Source: Callorhinchus milii (Eukaryota). From it: a stretch of DNA of 64,000 nucleotides. Shown here in pieces: positions 1-12,148 of the stretch. Below the pieces are notes generated by a model. The model was not told the DNA's origin. It saw nothing but the letters and a program-made list of their open reading frames with translations, and did no database searches. The stretch is from positions 27,530,001 to 27,594,000 of the forward strand of contig NW_024704743.1 in NCBI RefSeq assembly GCF_018977255.1. Reading direction: 5' to 3'. The number at the start of each line of letters is the position of its first letter. Within the stretch, counting starts at the first letter, position 1. The translations under genes were made by a program, and so were the position numbers.

Positions 1-282
1 CACATAGACTAGGGTAACACTCCAGTGCAGTGCTGGTGGTGTGCTGTATTGTCAGAGGAGCAGAATACCAAAAAACAAGGCCCCTTCTGCCTGTTCAGGT
101 GGACATTAAAGATTGTAAGGCACTATTCGAAAAGAGAAGGGTGCTTCTTCCGGTGTCCTGGACAACGTTCCTTCAGGTAAAATTGATCATTCACTTCATG
201 GCTTTAGTGGGACATTGCTGCTCACAAATTGTCGAGCGCTTTGAGATATTTGCAGGTATTATTATTATTACTACTATTACTG
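1..282 (+). mobile_element. DeuSINE-type SINE, cut by the window edge
   Basis: Deu-domain-like core CTGCCTGTTCAGGTGGACATTAAAGAT..GGCACTATTCGAAAAGAGAAGGG..CCGGTGTCCTGG, followed by the shared SINE tail and (TTA)n; the same core recurs more than 10 times in the window. Confidence 0.75.
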
Positions 283-344
283 CAAAGCCTTTAAATTCAC
301 TATGCATTTTTGGCGTTTTATAAGATCCTCAACTATCTTTTCTA

Positions 345-1048
345 CCCCACATCTGTGCCATGACCTGATCTGCCATCCCCCACCTTCGCAACTTCACCCA
401 GCTCCGTCACTATCTCACACCGCAGGCCGCCAAAACCCTCAAACACTCATAACATCCATGCTTGACTATGCAAACTCCTTGCTTGTCAGCCTCCCCAACT
501 CCTCCCTCCATAGGCTGCAGATCATTCAGAACTATGCAGCCCGTGTCTTCTCCCGCACCAGGCTCCATGACCCTATCAATCCCATCCTCGCCTGTCTCCA
601 CTGGCTTCCTATCACATAGAGGATACAGTTCAAGATCCTGGTCCTCACCTTCAAAGCCCTCCATGGCCTCCCTCCCCCCTACCTTTGCGACCTCCTAAAC
701 CCCTAACATCTTGCCCGCTCCCTCTACTCAGCGGGCTCTGGCCTGCTTCACATTCCCCGCCTCGCCCGCCCTACCATTGCCAGATTGGCAGATGGATATT
801 GTGCCACTCAGCCCACACCCTCTGGAACTCCATCCCACAGTCCCTCTGCCTCGCCTCCTCCCTTGCCTCCTTCAAGACCCATCTCAAGTCCCTACTCTTT
901 GACTGATTTCGATCACCCTCCTGCCCCTCCTGCCCTCCACCCTCCCCAATCCCAACCCCCTGATCGGGTACAAAGCACTGACTGTCCATTGCCTTGGAAC
1001 TTCCTCCCGTCATGAAAGGCACTATAGAAATTTAATTTTGCTGTTGTT
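345..1048 (+). mobile_element. L2 LINE 3' fragment (ORF2 C-terminus and 3' UTR)
   Basis: Translates LDYANSLL..LQIIQNYAARV..LHWLPI; homologous to 35250-35975; ends CATGAAAGGCACTATAGAAATTTAATTTTGCTGTTGTT. Confidence 0.9.
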
Positions 1049-1557
1049 TTATTTCAGGGTATTTTGATAGAATATCGAATAAAAGAGAGTAATGTGCCTT
1101 TCACCAATTAGATTTGTTGATTACTTTGCCCATAATTTTAGGGCAAATCAAGATACATTTACTTGACTGAAAACTTTAGGATTGTTTTGACAGAAACTGG
1201 TTTTAACTGTATTGATTTGAACTGCCCCTTAATAAATGGCCTTGAGCTGAGTGAATACAATTTCAAGATTTCTCCAGGTTTCTTGGCTTTGGTCTGAGAA
1301 GTTAACTTATCTTACTCGGGCACCACAATCAAGAGACCTACTAATATCACTATGGATTTAGATATATTGACTTGTTTTGTCCAACTTAAGATACTTCCCA
1401 GACATCAGCTATAATCTGGGAATCTATATCATCTATATCAGTAAACAGGACATCTTTCAGAAGATTGCCACAGTCAGTTATGGATTCACCTCCCCCCCCA
1501 CCCCCCCCACTTTATATAATATAGTTGTAATTCTGATAGAGTATATCGTAGTCTATC

Positions 1558-1770
1558 AAATAACCTTTGCATTTAATATAGCGTTTACTATGTCTTTGAA
1601 ATGTCTCAAAGCACTTCACAGGATTTACTTTGACATCTACCTGAACAGGCAGAAAGACAAGACCTTGGGTTAGTGTTTCATCAAAGAACATCAACCTTGA
1701 TAATGCAGCACTCCACCAGCATCACACTGGAGTGTCAACCTTGACTGTGAATTGGTGAATTCACAATCTT
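1558..1770 (-). mobile_element. DeuSINE-type SINE, internally deleted
   Basis: Reverse tail TTGCATTTAATATAGCG..CTCAAAGCACTTCACAG joined to reverse core CATCTACCTGAACAGGCAG..CACTGGAGTGTCA. Confidence 0.7.
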
Positions 1771-1772
1771 TT

Positions 1773-2475
1773 GGAGTCCTGTATCTCAGTGGTTAGAGCA
1801 CTCGCCTCACAAATGAGAGACCTGGGTTCGATTCCTGGTAGAGAGAAATGGTGGGCAAGTTTCCTTACTCCACACACCTTGTTTACCTAGCAGTAAATAG
1901 GAACTCGGTTGTTAGACAATTGGTGGATCGCTTTTCTGGGGGTAATAATTCCTTAAAAAAATAATAAATTGGACACTTCAATCCATGATTATTTGTGGGA
2001 CACTGCTGTGTGCAATTGATTGCCGTGTTTCGCCCACAAAATACATAGTCAATTCACTTTACAGTATATCATGTAAAGTGCTTTGAGACAACAACAACAA
2101 AATTACATTTGTATAGCACCTTTTACGTCAGTAGTGGGTGAGGCGGAGTGACTGCGGGATGGAGTTCCAGAGGGTGGGGGTAGAGTGACTGAATGCCTGC
2201 CTGCCAATGGGAGGTGGGAGAGGTGGGGGACGGGGAGCTGATAGGGTCACGGAGCCTGGTGCGGTATTGGACGTGGGCTGCAGAGTTCTGGAAGATCTGC
2301 AGCCAGTGGAGGGAGGTGTTGGGGAGGCCGACAAGCTAGAAATTTGCATAGTCAAGCCTGGAAATTATGAATGCGTGTACGAGGATTTCGGCGGCCTACG
2401 GTGTGAGACAGCGGTGGAGCCGGACGTCTTAAAGACATGATAAGGCGCTATATCAATTGCAAGGATTATTGTTAC
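1773..2475 (+). mobile_element. tRNA(Val/Ala)-headed SINE, long subfamily, interrupted by an L2 at 2090-2422
   Basis: Head GGAGTCCTGTATCTCAGTGGTTAGAGCACTCGCCTCACA..GGTTCGATTCC with Pol III A/B boxes; the tail resumes at 2423 (GACGTCTTAAAGACATGATAAGGCGCTATATC..GCAAGGATTATT). Confidence 0.9.
2090..2422 (-). mobile_element. L2 3' fragment nested in the SINE tail
   Basis: (AAC)n reverse tail at 2090; the minus strand matches L2 ORF2 C-terminal coding sequence; GAC is repeated at 2087-2089 and 2423-2425. Confidence 0.88.
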
Positions 2476-5377
2476 TTTGATTCAGAGGTGAGATTTGGAA
2501 CTGAACTAGGATGACACATGGTATTCACAGGTTGAATATCAAACAAAGTCTCTGATAGATGTAACTTTCTAATAGCAAAGCATTTGTCTCATTCATGCCC
2601 ATTATCAAATATTATTATAAAAAGTGAATTCACATTCAAAATCAGACTCCATAATAGGAAGAGGGTTAAATCTTACATTAAAACAACTGAATTGTTTTCT
2701 CTGATCTACTTCTTCACCATTGCTTTAATCATTTAAATCATTTCCGTAGTGATCATTAAAATGAGAATTCACAGAATAAAAACAATTCCCTTATTTGCAC
2801 CTGGAGTACTAACTCTTCCAGAAATAGCATTGCAACATGACAGTGTCAACCAAAGTGACATGGTAATAAGAAATTGCTTCTCCTAATTTAGTACTCATCA
2901 CTGTCTACACATTCAGCTATTAATGAATCTTAACTGAACAATTACTGATATTTTATGTTGTGAACTGCCGAATATAAAGAACTAGACTCGACCTTTCAGT
3001 TGTTCACTTCTGCCCTGACATTGGTTTTGGAAATTATGTTGACTATGCCTGAAAATGCTCTCCCAGTTTGCTGCTTTCCATGGCCTGGTTTAATCCCTCA
3101 GTTGGTTTCGATTAGCTAAAATCATCTTGCATGGTAGTGGATATACTGCAGCCTTAGTGGGGTCTATCACATGAGATTCATAAATAATGCTGGTGCTTTG
3201 CTGCTTGTGAATAATGGGGAAACTCCAAGTGGGGAAAAGATGGTGAATTTTAGTGATCAAATTGCTGATTATCCCTACTTGAACTTGTGAATGTTAGGAT
3301 TGATCTTGGCTACTAATTCTCTCTCCCTAGGTTCCTGACGCTCATTGCCTACAGGAATCACAAGCCTATCCAACCTATGAAACTATTCCAGCACCGTTGA
3401 CACACTCAGGAGAGGAAATGAGAAAAATGCGATAAACATGAATGTTATCTCATTGGTGTGACTTCCAGCACATCATATCCTCTGTAAGTTTAATAACAGG
3501 ATCCAGTGTTAAAGTAGTAAATCATCATTTGAGCACTTTCTCCCAAGTAATGGAAGCATTCTCATTTGCCTTATTGGTATAAGGCATTTATCCACATCCT
3601 AAGAAAACCAGAATTATAGTTTATTTTAACTCAGTCAAAACAAGCATGAGAGATCCTGCCTTGCTTCCAATCAGTCCCAACTGACCATGTGCAAATAATA
3701 ACAATAATAATAATGCTCCTAACGTTTGGTACAGCATTTTTCACATCAGGTGGCAATTGAGAATTTGAACATTGCCCAAAATTTCAATTCCTGTAGTCCA
3801 GTGATCCTGGAGTCTTTCCTGAGATTATACAATTCCTTTTTCATTCCAATGGGATACTATTGAACCACCTCATCCAAGTTACCCTATTCACGTGTAAGGC
3901 TTAAATAGTCTCTTGGCTCAACCACCACAAGGGGTGTTCCCCAGACTCTATCAATTTCCTCATTAAAACAAAGTTTGTTACAAATTATAAGAGAGGGTGG
4001 ACCAGTCTTAAAAAGTCCTCTAAATGCTGCCTTTCTTACTTTTTGAGGGGCAAAAAGAGGTACATTTGGAATGGGGTTTGATAATAATAGTATTAAAACA
4101 ACAATCCTTGCATTTGATATTATCTGCCTTCCACTCTGCAAAGATAACATCTTTATTAAAAATCTGACACAATTATTTCCTGCATAAAGAAACCTCTGTG
4201 ATTTATGGATACAATCACTGGGATGTAATCTTAGTGAGGTTTCTGAGAAGTTTAATCTTTGATCGTTTAAAATGAGCTACCACCAGAAAATTAGTATCCA
4301 AATATGACACAAACGCAAATGGATTCTGAATGAGCGTTGCAATGATTTCACCAGTGCATTCATAGCACCCAGTCAGCTGCCTGGTTTTCAATTTAAACCA
4401 TGGGTGATCAAGAGTATTGTATTTCATATGGTAAAAAGGAAAAAAAATCTCATAAATGAACCTCACTTTTGATCATATAAGTTTGAAATAAAAGAACTAT
4501 AATTAAAATTTTGTGATGGATTCATCACCGCCAGTTTCCTCCAAATGACCTTCTCAAAGGTCCCATAGACGTTTGAGAAGTTTAGCACTACTGGTGAATT
4601 AAAGTGCTCGACACATTACCAACACACTCAGCAAACTGTACCCAGCCAACATGTCTGCAAAGATATTATGAGATGCTACAGTAGTTTGAAGATAGCACCT
4701 ATAACAACAACTTGAATTTATGTAACACCTTTCATGATGGATAAATGCAATTTGTTGTGATATTGAATAGTGACTTGAATTACTGCATGGTGACTGGATT
4801 GGACGCCGAGCAAAGGAGCAGAAGGAGTACGAGGTAACCATAGGTGTGGATAAAGAGGTAAGTATTAGGATGGGATTTAAACATACGTAAAATGAGTGGG
4901 GCGTGAATTTGTATTGCAGTTTAATCAATTATTGTAATGCATTAGTTGGCCAGACAAATTTATAAATTTCAACTTCCTATTGCTGAAATAGGAATATTTT
5001 TATTCCTAGAAATATTCTATATTCTATTTCTAGGTGTAGGGATCAAACATAAGCACCAAAAGTTCAGGGTACTAACACATTGGGGTATCTGCCCGTCTGT
5101 TTGTTGCCAAGGTATGTGTACAATAGTTCGTAGTACAATTGGAAAGTGGTTTAGCAATAGGAAGCCAAAATGATAAATGGGAGAAAAAAATCAAATTGGA
5201 GCAGTGGCTACTGGATATGTACTGACTTAAATACTTTCCTGTTTTAGTGTCTTGGCAAATTTGCTTTGATTTCACATGCTGGGCCCTTATTCTCTCACCA
5301 TATGTTTATAAAGGTCAATTGTCTGGCCAAATAGTGCATTGAAATAATTGAGCAAACTGCAATACAAACTGCCATGT

Positions 5378-5747
5378 GGAGTCCTGTAGTTCAGTGGTTA
5401 GAGCACTTGCCTCTCAAGAGAGAGACCTGGGTTCTATTCCCAGCAGGGCAAAATTTAGGGCAAGTTTCCTTACTCCACACGCCTCTGTTTCCCTGGCAGT
5501 TAGCAGAAACTCAGTTGTTAGTCAATTGGCGAATCACTTTTCCAGGGATAATCATCCTTCAAAATAACCATTAATAAATTGGTCACTCAATCCCAACTGT
5601 TTGTGGGACACTGCTGTGCGTAATTAGCTGCCGCATTTCGCCCACAAATATACAGTCACTACACTTTACAGTATATTCTGTGAAGCACTTTGAGACGTTT
5701 AGAAGACGTGAAAAGCGCTATATCAAGTGCAAGGATTATTATTATTA
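5378..5747 (+). mobile_element. tRNA(Val/Ala)-headed SINE, long subfamily, full length
   Basis: tRNA-like head, central TTGGGCAAGTTTCCTTACTCCACACGCCTCTGTTT.. domain, L2-like tail and (TTA)n. Confidence 0.92.
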
Positions 5748-5890
5748 CAAATGAGAAATAAAATGCCATCTGCTTTGATATATTTATTTCTGACCCTTTA
5801 GTTGTCATGTGTCATATTTAAAAGGTTAACGATTATACACAGTTTACAAATCCCAAACCTTCTCAATAGTCAATGATTGCCAGCGATATC

Positions 5891-6175
5891 AATGGCAAGC
5901 TGTGCGGTTTTAGTTGGCTAAACTCCAACAGTATCCCAACACACATTCTGGGGTCCCCAAGGCTTGGCTCTTGCCAACCTGACCTCATACTTTCTGGAAT
6001 TAGGTAAGCAGGATGCATTTCTCCAGGGAGAGTGTGTGCATTCCATTCCCACAATCTATCTCTGGAATTTCCATGTGTAGGTGGGATGGATGGAAATCTC
6101 AGTTTGGTTTTGGATACTCTTAAGCATGGTGATGGGTTTCTGCACTTATCAGACACCCAGCTGACCCCCAAAATA
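5891..6175 (+). mobile_element. 3' region of the RTE-like LINE family (copy 1)
   Basis: GGAATTAGGTAAGCAGGATG..TTTCCATGTGTAGGTGGGATG..TTGGATACTCTTAAGCATGGTGATGGGTTTC..CAGACACCCAGCTGACC, homologous to 59400-59578. Confidence 0.8.
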
Positions 6176-6289
6176 TGCCAATCGGAAATGACATCTTTAT
6201 CTGTAGCACAATATATTGGTGACTTGTCGCTGAACATTGGCATTGAAACCCTTTAGTTATGAACAATTGCACAGATTCCATAAAGTTTC

Positions 6290-6445
6290 AAAAGAAGATT
6301 AAATAGAGGCTTGAAGAGGAAGACTATTAAAGGGTATGAGAAGCAAGCGGGAGGGTGAGATTAGATTGGTTTGTGTGGAAAAAATATACCAGTGCAGAAT
6401 CGAAGGGCTGGATTGATCTGTTTTGCTCTGCAACATTTTGTGATT
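6290..6445 (+). mobile_element. Degraded CR1 3' end
   Basis: ATTAAAGGGTATGAGAAGCAAGCGGGA..GAAGGGCTGGATTG..CTGTTTTGCT resembles the CR1 3' UTR at 56660-56800. Confidence 0.5.
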
Positions 6446-6585
6446 TTATTTTCAGGCACAAAATAAATTGTGCAAATAAATTATCAGAATTAATTTAATT
6501 ACTTTCCCTTTTTAATAATTGGTTTAATTGCAAACATACTATTTGAGCAGTAAAGCTTAACTTGTAATCAATTTAATAATGATAA

Positions 6586-6870
6586 AATAATTGCATTTAA
6601 TATAGTGCCTTATCACGTCTTCGAGACATCTCAAAGCACTTCACAGAATATACTGTAATGTATATACTTTGTGAGCGAAACTTTTTGATGGAATTATTAC
6701 CCCAGAAAAACAATCCGCCAATTGACTAACAACTGGGATCCTAATTACTGCTAGGTAAACAGAGGAGTGTGGAGTAAGGAAACTTGCTTAATATTTTGCC
6801 CTGCCCAGGAATTGAACCCAAGTCCCCTCGCTTGCAAGGCAAGCACTCTAACCAATACACTGCAGGACTT
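6586..6870 (-). mobile_element. tRNA(Val/Ala)-headed SINE, long subfamily, internally deleted
   Basis: Reverse tail, CTGCTAGGTAAACAGAGG..GGAGTAAGGAAACTTGC, and reverse head GGAATTGAACCC..GCACTCTAACC..CAGGACT. Confidence 0.85.
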
Positions 6871-7129
6871 CACATTTACATTGAAAATGGAGTATTGATA
6901 AAAGGTTTTAGCTAAAATAATCATTCTAAACTGAGTGGAAAATACACTAAACATTACCGCCAACAGGCTGATTCAACCTATCAACATTTCCTGGAACCGA
7001 TATGGCGACTGAGAATCTTGGGGACTTCATGAATCTCTGACTTGCAGAAGAGTGATTGGAAGCGGAAACAGATTTTAGGGGAAAGCCAATGTCACAGGAA
7101 ATGATTCAGCCTGATTTGAGATGGCCAAA

Positions 7130-7455
7130 TAATAATAGCATAATTGCATTTGACACAGCGCCTTTCACGTCAGGATGATGACTCAAAGTGTTTCATGGAA
7201 CTTATTGTATAATGTAGTGACTGTGCATTTGTGGATCAATGTGGCAGTCAATACACACACAGCAATGTCCAAAAAATAGCTTTGAATGGAATTGTTGGCC
7301 AGGACATCGGGGGAAACTCCCTTCTCTTTTCGAGTAGTACCATGGGAACTTTTAATTATCTGGGATCTGTCTGTCCACCTGAACAGACTGACATGACCTT
7401 GGTTTAACGTCTCAGCTGACGGACAGTTTTGAATGGTCAGTCTAAAGTATGTGAG
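7130..7455 (-). mobile_element. DeuSINE-type SINE
   Basis: Reverse tail plus reverse core GGCCAGGACATCGGGGGAAACTCCCTTCTCTTTTCGAGTAGTACCATGGG..GTCCACCTGAACAG..GGTTTAACGTCTCA. Confidence 0.8.
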
Positions 7456-8045
7456 TTCAAATGACACTATTGGAGGGGAGCAGGATAATGGCTGATTCAT
7501 AGGAGCCAGAAGATAAATCTTAACTGAAGAAGTAAAAGACCCTGACTTTGTGGATTGATAGGTATATGATCCTTACTGGGTAGATGCAAAGTGAATGGGG
7601 ACTCTTATTGGAGCATTGCATGCAGTTAAAATACTTGAAAGCTTTATGTTTGGATGACTGGCAATGGATATTAAGATTTCAACAGATGCACAGAATGCAG
7701 AGGGACATTTAAATGCCAATTATGATATTGAGTTTAATACAGGCCAGTAGGTTTCAAACAATACCAATCCATCAAACCTCAGCGGGGTATCCCATCCTTA
7801 CACTGCACTTACTTGAGATGGATTTACATTCATCAGGTGGTCAGTAAAACAACCCACTTAATAATAGTTTTTTGACACATTTATGCTGTCCCCATACAAG
7901 CTGATTTTGGAAAGATACCCCAGACACGTAAGTATAAAGTATAGTAAACTAGCTGTTTACTCTCACTGCACAACAAGTCATAATTAAAAAAGCCTTCTGA
8001 AATGACTTAGAGAGAAATAACTGCAAAAGAAATGTTCAGTTTACA

Positions 8046-8170
8046 ATAATAAATAATAATCCTTGCATTTAATATAGTGCCTTATCAGGGCTTCTAAAAG
8101 TCTCAAAGCGCTTCACAGAAAATACTGTAAAGTGAATTGACTGTATATTTTGTGGACGAAATCTTAGCAA
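8046..8170 (-). mobile_element. SINE 3' tail only
   Basis: AATAATCCTTGCATTTAATATAGTGCC..CTCAAAGCGCTTCACAGAAAATACTGTAAAGTGAATTGACTG. Confidence 0.85.
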
Positions 8171-8309
8171 GTAAATTGCAGAAGCTATATCCAAACACCT
8201 TGCAGTTCTGTGGCATTTCCCTAACTGTCCTCGTAACTATCCTGATTCCTGAATGCAGCATTTTAAAACAGTTTGACATGATTGGGTTTAATTTGTGAGA
8301 TTTATGGCT

Positions 8310-8530
8310 AGATTTGTAACTTGTGAATCATTGCTCATTTCCGAATGAGTCTGAGATTTACCCTCCATTACTGAGGTGGACACCAATCAACATCGTTGAA
8401 ACCAAGTTGAAGGCAAAGGAGACTCCTGGCACCTAGCAGGAGATCAGTGTCAATTGGCATCCAAATGGAGTTCCAGAGAATTGGCCTCTAACATATCCAG
8501 TTTTCTGCAGGATTGACAATTTACAAATCT
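8310..8530. mobile_element. MITE-like element with terminal inverted repeats
   Basis: Left end AGATTTGTAACTTGTGAATCAT versus reverse complement of the right end AGATTTGTAAATTGTCAATCCT (19/22 identical). Confidence 0.55.
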
Positions 8531-8729
8531 TGTTAGTCTTGCAAATTAGATCCCCTGTGAGCCTGGAAAGACTTGTGGAAAAACATGATCTCTAATGAAC
8601 ATAAATGGATCCGTTAGCTTGAGGACAGCAGCCTCATTAAATAATTCGTAGAATCTTACAACACAGAAACAGGTCATTTGTCCAGTCGAGTCTATGCTGG
8701 TGTTTGTCTCATCATGAAACTCACTCTCC

Positions 8730-9455
8730 TGCTCGCTCCCCATACTGCTCTTTTCAGACATCTATCATGCCATGACCCACTCTGCTTTCGCCCACCTCCA
8801 CAACATTGCCTAACTCCACCATTGCCTCACACCCCCCAGGCCACTGAAACCCTCATACACGGGTTCGTCACCTCAAGACTCAACTATGAAAATTCCCTCC
8901 TTGTTGGCCTCCCCAACTCACAAGCTGCAGATCATCCAGAATTCTGCAGCTCGTGTCCTCTCCCGCACCAGGCTCCGTGAACCCCATCACCCCCACCCTC
9001 GCCTGGTTCTACTGCTTCCCATCCCTCAGAGGATAGAATTCAAAATCCTTGTCCTCACTTTCAAGGCCCTCCATGGCTTTGTCACCTCCTACCTCTCTGA
9101 CCTGCTGAACCCCTATGAAACGATCCATTCCCTCTGCTCAGCAGGCTCCAGCCTGCTCCAGGTCTCCCGCTTGACCCGAACTACCATCGGCGGCTGGGAT
9201 TTCAGCCTCTATGCCCCCACTCTTTGGAACTCCATCGCACGATTCCCTTTGCCTTGCTCCCTCTCTTGCCTCCTTCAAGGCATGACTCAAGACCCTCATT
9301 TTTGACCGTGCCTTCAGCCGCCCTCCCACACCCTCTGCCCTTCCTCATCCCAACCCTGTCCCCCATGCTCGGGTCCTGATCCCTAACTGTACAGCACCTT
9401 GGGACATCCTCCCGATGTGAAAGACGCTTTACAAATGTAATTTTGTTGTTGTTCT
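8730..9455 (+). mobile_element. L2 LINE 3' fragment
   Basis: [51 protein letters not shown]2 tail with (TTG)n. Confidence 0.92.
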
Positions 9456-9587
9456 TGTTCTATTCCTTTGGGGATTATTTTAATAATAAGGCAAAACAAA
9501 AGAGTCTAAAACGTAACGTTAAAGCAAAGAGAATGGTATATCTTTCAAAACTATAATAAAAGTAGTTATGTTTTAAAACATAATATA

Positions 9588-9745
9588 ATATAATCCTTCA
9601 TTTGATATAGTGCCTCATCACATCATTGAGACATCTCAAAGCGCTTAACAGAACATATTGTAAAGTGGATTTACTGGGCATTTTCTGGGTAAAACGTGGC
9701 AGCCAATTTTGCACAGTAGTGTTCCATAGGCAGTCATAGATTTAG
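9588..9745 (-). mobile_element. SINE 3' half
   Basis: Reverse of the shared tail: TAATCCTTCATTTGATATAGTGCC..CTCAAAGCGCTT..GGCAGCCAATTTTGCACAG. Confidence 0.8.
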
Positions 9746-10139
9746 TGGCCACATGAGTACTGTGTTGTGATGTGGGTAGTTTGTAAATCTTCAGATCTCT
9801 ATAAACTGTGAGGAAGCTTTAACTATGTTCAAATTTGGCAATAGTTTGATTTTGTCCACATGATACAATCACTGCACTTTACAATGAATCCTATGAAGCA
9901 CTTTGGGACAGCCTCCTGACATGAAAGGTATCAAATATAAAGATTATTATTATTAGTTTTGCCAAGTCTTGGGTTTTATTTTCTTCCGCTGAAGGATACA
10001 AATATTGCTTTTCTCTCAGTCACAGTGAGAAAATTTAGGAGATTGAAGAAGGTATGATTTTTGGGAAAGTGTATTTTTAATCCATTGCAGCTTTCTGTGG
10101 TAAAATCAACTGTAACTTCAATAACAACAGTGTAGCTTC

Positions 10140-10470
10140 AACAACAACACCTTGCATTATATAATGCTTCACAGGGGTGGGGTTGGAGCAATGGATGGAG
10201 GGAGGAGCAAAGGGATGTGGCCATAGGCCATAGCTTGAAAGAGGGAGGATTTGAAACAGGATTTAAGATAGAAAGGAAGGGGTGAGATGGCTGGGTAAAG
10301 AGAGGGAGTTCTAGAGGTTAGCAGCATATGAAATAAAGGCTCAGCCACCAATGATGGTGCACAGAGGGTGAAGAATGCACAGCAAGTCCAAGTTAGCTAA
10401 GCAGAGGGGGGTGTAGGGTAAGAGGAGATCGGAGCGATAAAAGAGTGCCAGGGAGTGGATGGATTTGTTT
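10140..10470 (-). mobile_element. Old L2 3' fragment
   Basis: ACAACAAC..TTGCATTATATAATGC reverse tail followed by purine-rich L2 antisense (GGGAGTTCTAGAG..CCACCAATGATGG). Confidence 0.6.
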
Positions 10471-10639
10471 GGGAGCTTCACCGAAAGTTATTTCAGTGTC
10501 GGTGCATCATTCATCAAATTCACACAGAATTAATTTTCGTTTTGTTACAAGATATTTTGTGTCCGGTATTTGCATGATACACCAAATAACAGATACTCAA
10601 GATGGAGTACAAGGCATTAATCCCATCGGGAGATTAGGA

Positions 10640-10860
10640 TGACATAGGAACATTAAATGTATCAACACTGAAAAAGACCGTTACAGTCCATCTGCCCTGT
10701 CCCACAGTATAAATAAATTATCCTACATTATTCTATTTCTCATACACCTCGATTGATTTTTTTGCCAAACAGCTATCTAATTCCCTCTTGAAGTTGCTGA
10801 CACAATCTGCCTCACTGCATCCCTGAGTAGGCTTTCCACATACTCAATCCTCTCTGTCTC
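10640..10860 (-). mobile_element. Degraded CR1 3' fragment
   Basis: CTATCTAATTCCCTCTTGAA..TCTGCCTCACTGCATCCCTGAGTAGGCTTTCCACATACTCAATCCTCTCTG resembles the antisense of the CR1 ORF2 end. Confidence 0.55.
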
Positions 10861-11609
10861 TTTGTGCAAAATGCTTAAATGTGAACTATCTGTTCACTTT
10901 CTGTCTTCTGAGCTGGAGTCCAGACTCTTTTACATGTGATCCACTCTCACATGAAGAAGCACATGAATGTCCATCCTGTAACAGGAAGCTTTAGGATGAC
11001 GTCTTAAAGGTTGAAATATCAATCACATTTCTGTTACAACTTTCACTTGAATGTTTAGTGGCGATCACAAAGCTGAAATATTTAAAAATGTACATTATGA
11101 TGAGGTATTTCGGAAGTTTGAATCTACCATTTGTGCCAGCAGCAGCTGTAACGGCAGATGCTAATGCTCTCTGCATTGATAATAAATGACAACCTTTATA
11201 GTGAATGTCATAATGACTGTACAGAGTCAAAATAAATAGCTGATAACAAGAAATAGCACAGACTGGATGCATTACAATATTTTGTGTTTACAATAAGGAA
11301 ACATCACAAAAGTAAAGTTGCAAATTGATAAATATTTGTCAAAGTCCTACTGATATTCCTCCAAATTAAAATGTCACCCAGAAGTTGAAGGACAAATACC
11401 AACTAATTGATAATCCATTTAGGACAAATGTAAGGCCAATCGATCAATTATTTAAAGCATGATCCAATTAAAGTTAATTGAATAATTTAATTGCAAACTG
11501 CATTTAGCCATGAATCAATAGAGCAGTTTCTTCCATTTGCCTCTGAGCTACTTCAGTGAAATACTTAAGTTGTTTAATGGAAGTTGTAAAATTCTGGGAC
11601 TCTGAAACA

Positions 11610-11960
11610 GCCACATGCTTCATCTCTTCCAAAACTCTGCAGCGCATATCATCTCCTATGCTGGACTGTGCTTGTCCATTATTTTCAAACTCTACCCCTT
11701 CAGGATCCTCATTATGACCTTCAAAACTATTTCGAGTGTTACTCTTCCATACCTGTGCCATCTTCCCGAGCACTATTCTCCTGGCTGTGCCTTCTACCCT
11801 TCTGGTTGTTATGGACTGCTCAATTCTCACTATCTCCATCCCACCATTGGTGACCAAGGCTTCACCCACTATCCTCCTACTCCATGAAACAAATCCCTCA
11901 ACCTTGCTTCTTCTCTCTTTGCCTTCAAAACCTTCTTCAAAGTCTACCTCTTTGACCATG
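11610..11960 (+). mobile_element. Old L2 ORF2 C-terminal fragment
   Basis: LHLFQNSAAHII..FRILIMTFKTI..LPYLCHL..PTIGDQGF is a degenerate L2 C-terminus. Confidence 0.75.
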
Positions 11961-11962
11961 TC

Positions 11963-12148
11963 TTTGCTCTATTTATAAAGAGTTTTAGAACATCTGGAAT
12001 GTTTCGAATTGTTGAATTCACTCATAACTTTGAAGTAGGTTTTCTGCAGATCTTAAAAGAAAGTTACAGCAAAACTGCTTCAAAGTTAAGACTATTTAAG
12101 AATTTGACAAATTCTGAAGGCTCTAAACTGCTGCATAAATAGAGTAAA
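11963..12148. mobile_element. Fold-back (palindromic) MITE-like element
   Basis: Outer arms TTTGCTCTATTTAT / ATAAATAGAGTAAA; inner arms TAACTTTGAAGTAGGTTTTCTG / CAGCAAAACTGCTTCAAAGTTA (19/22). Confidence 0.65.

Noticed and set aside
4700..4880. Exon ending at GAG|GTAAGT (4858)
   Set aside because: It lies in an antisense L2 3' remnant (ACAACAACTTGAATTTATGTAACACCTTTC..AAAGAGGTAAG) and has no good acceptor.
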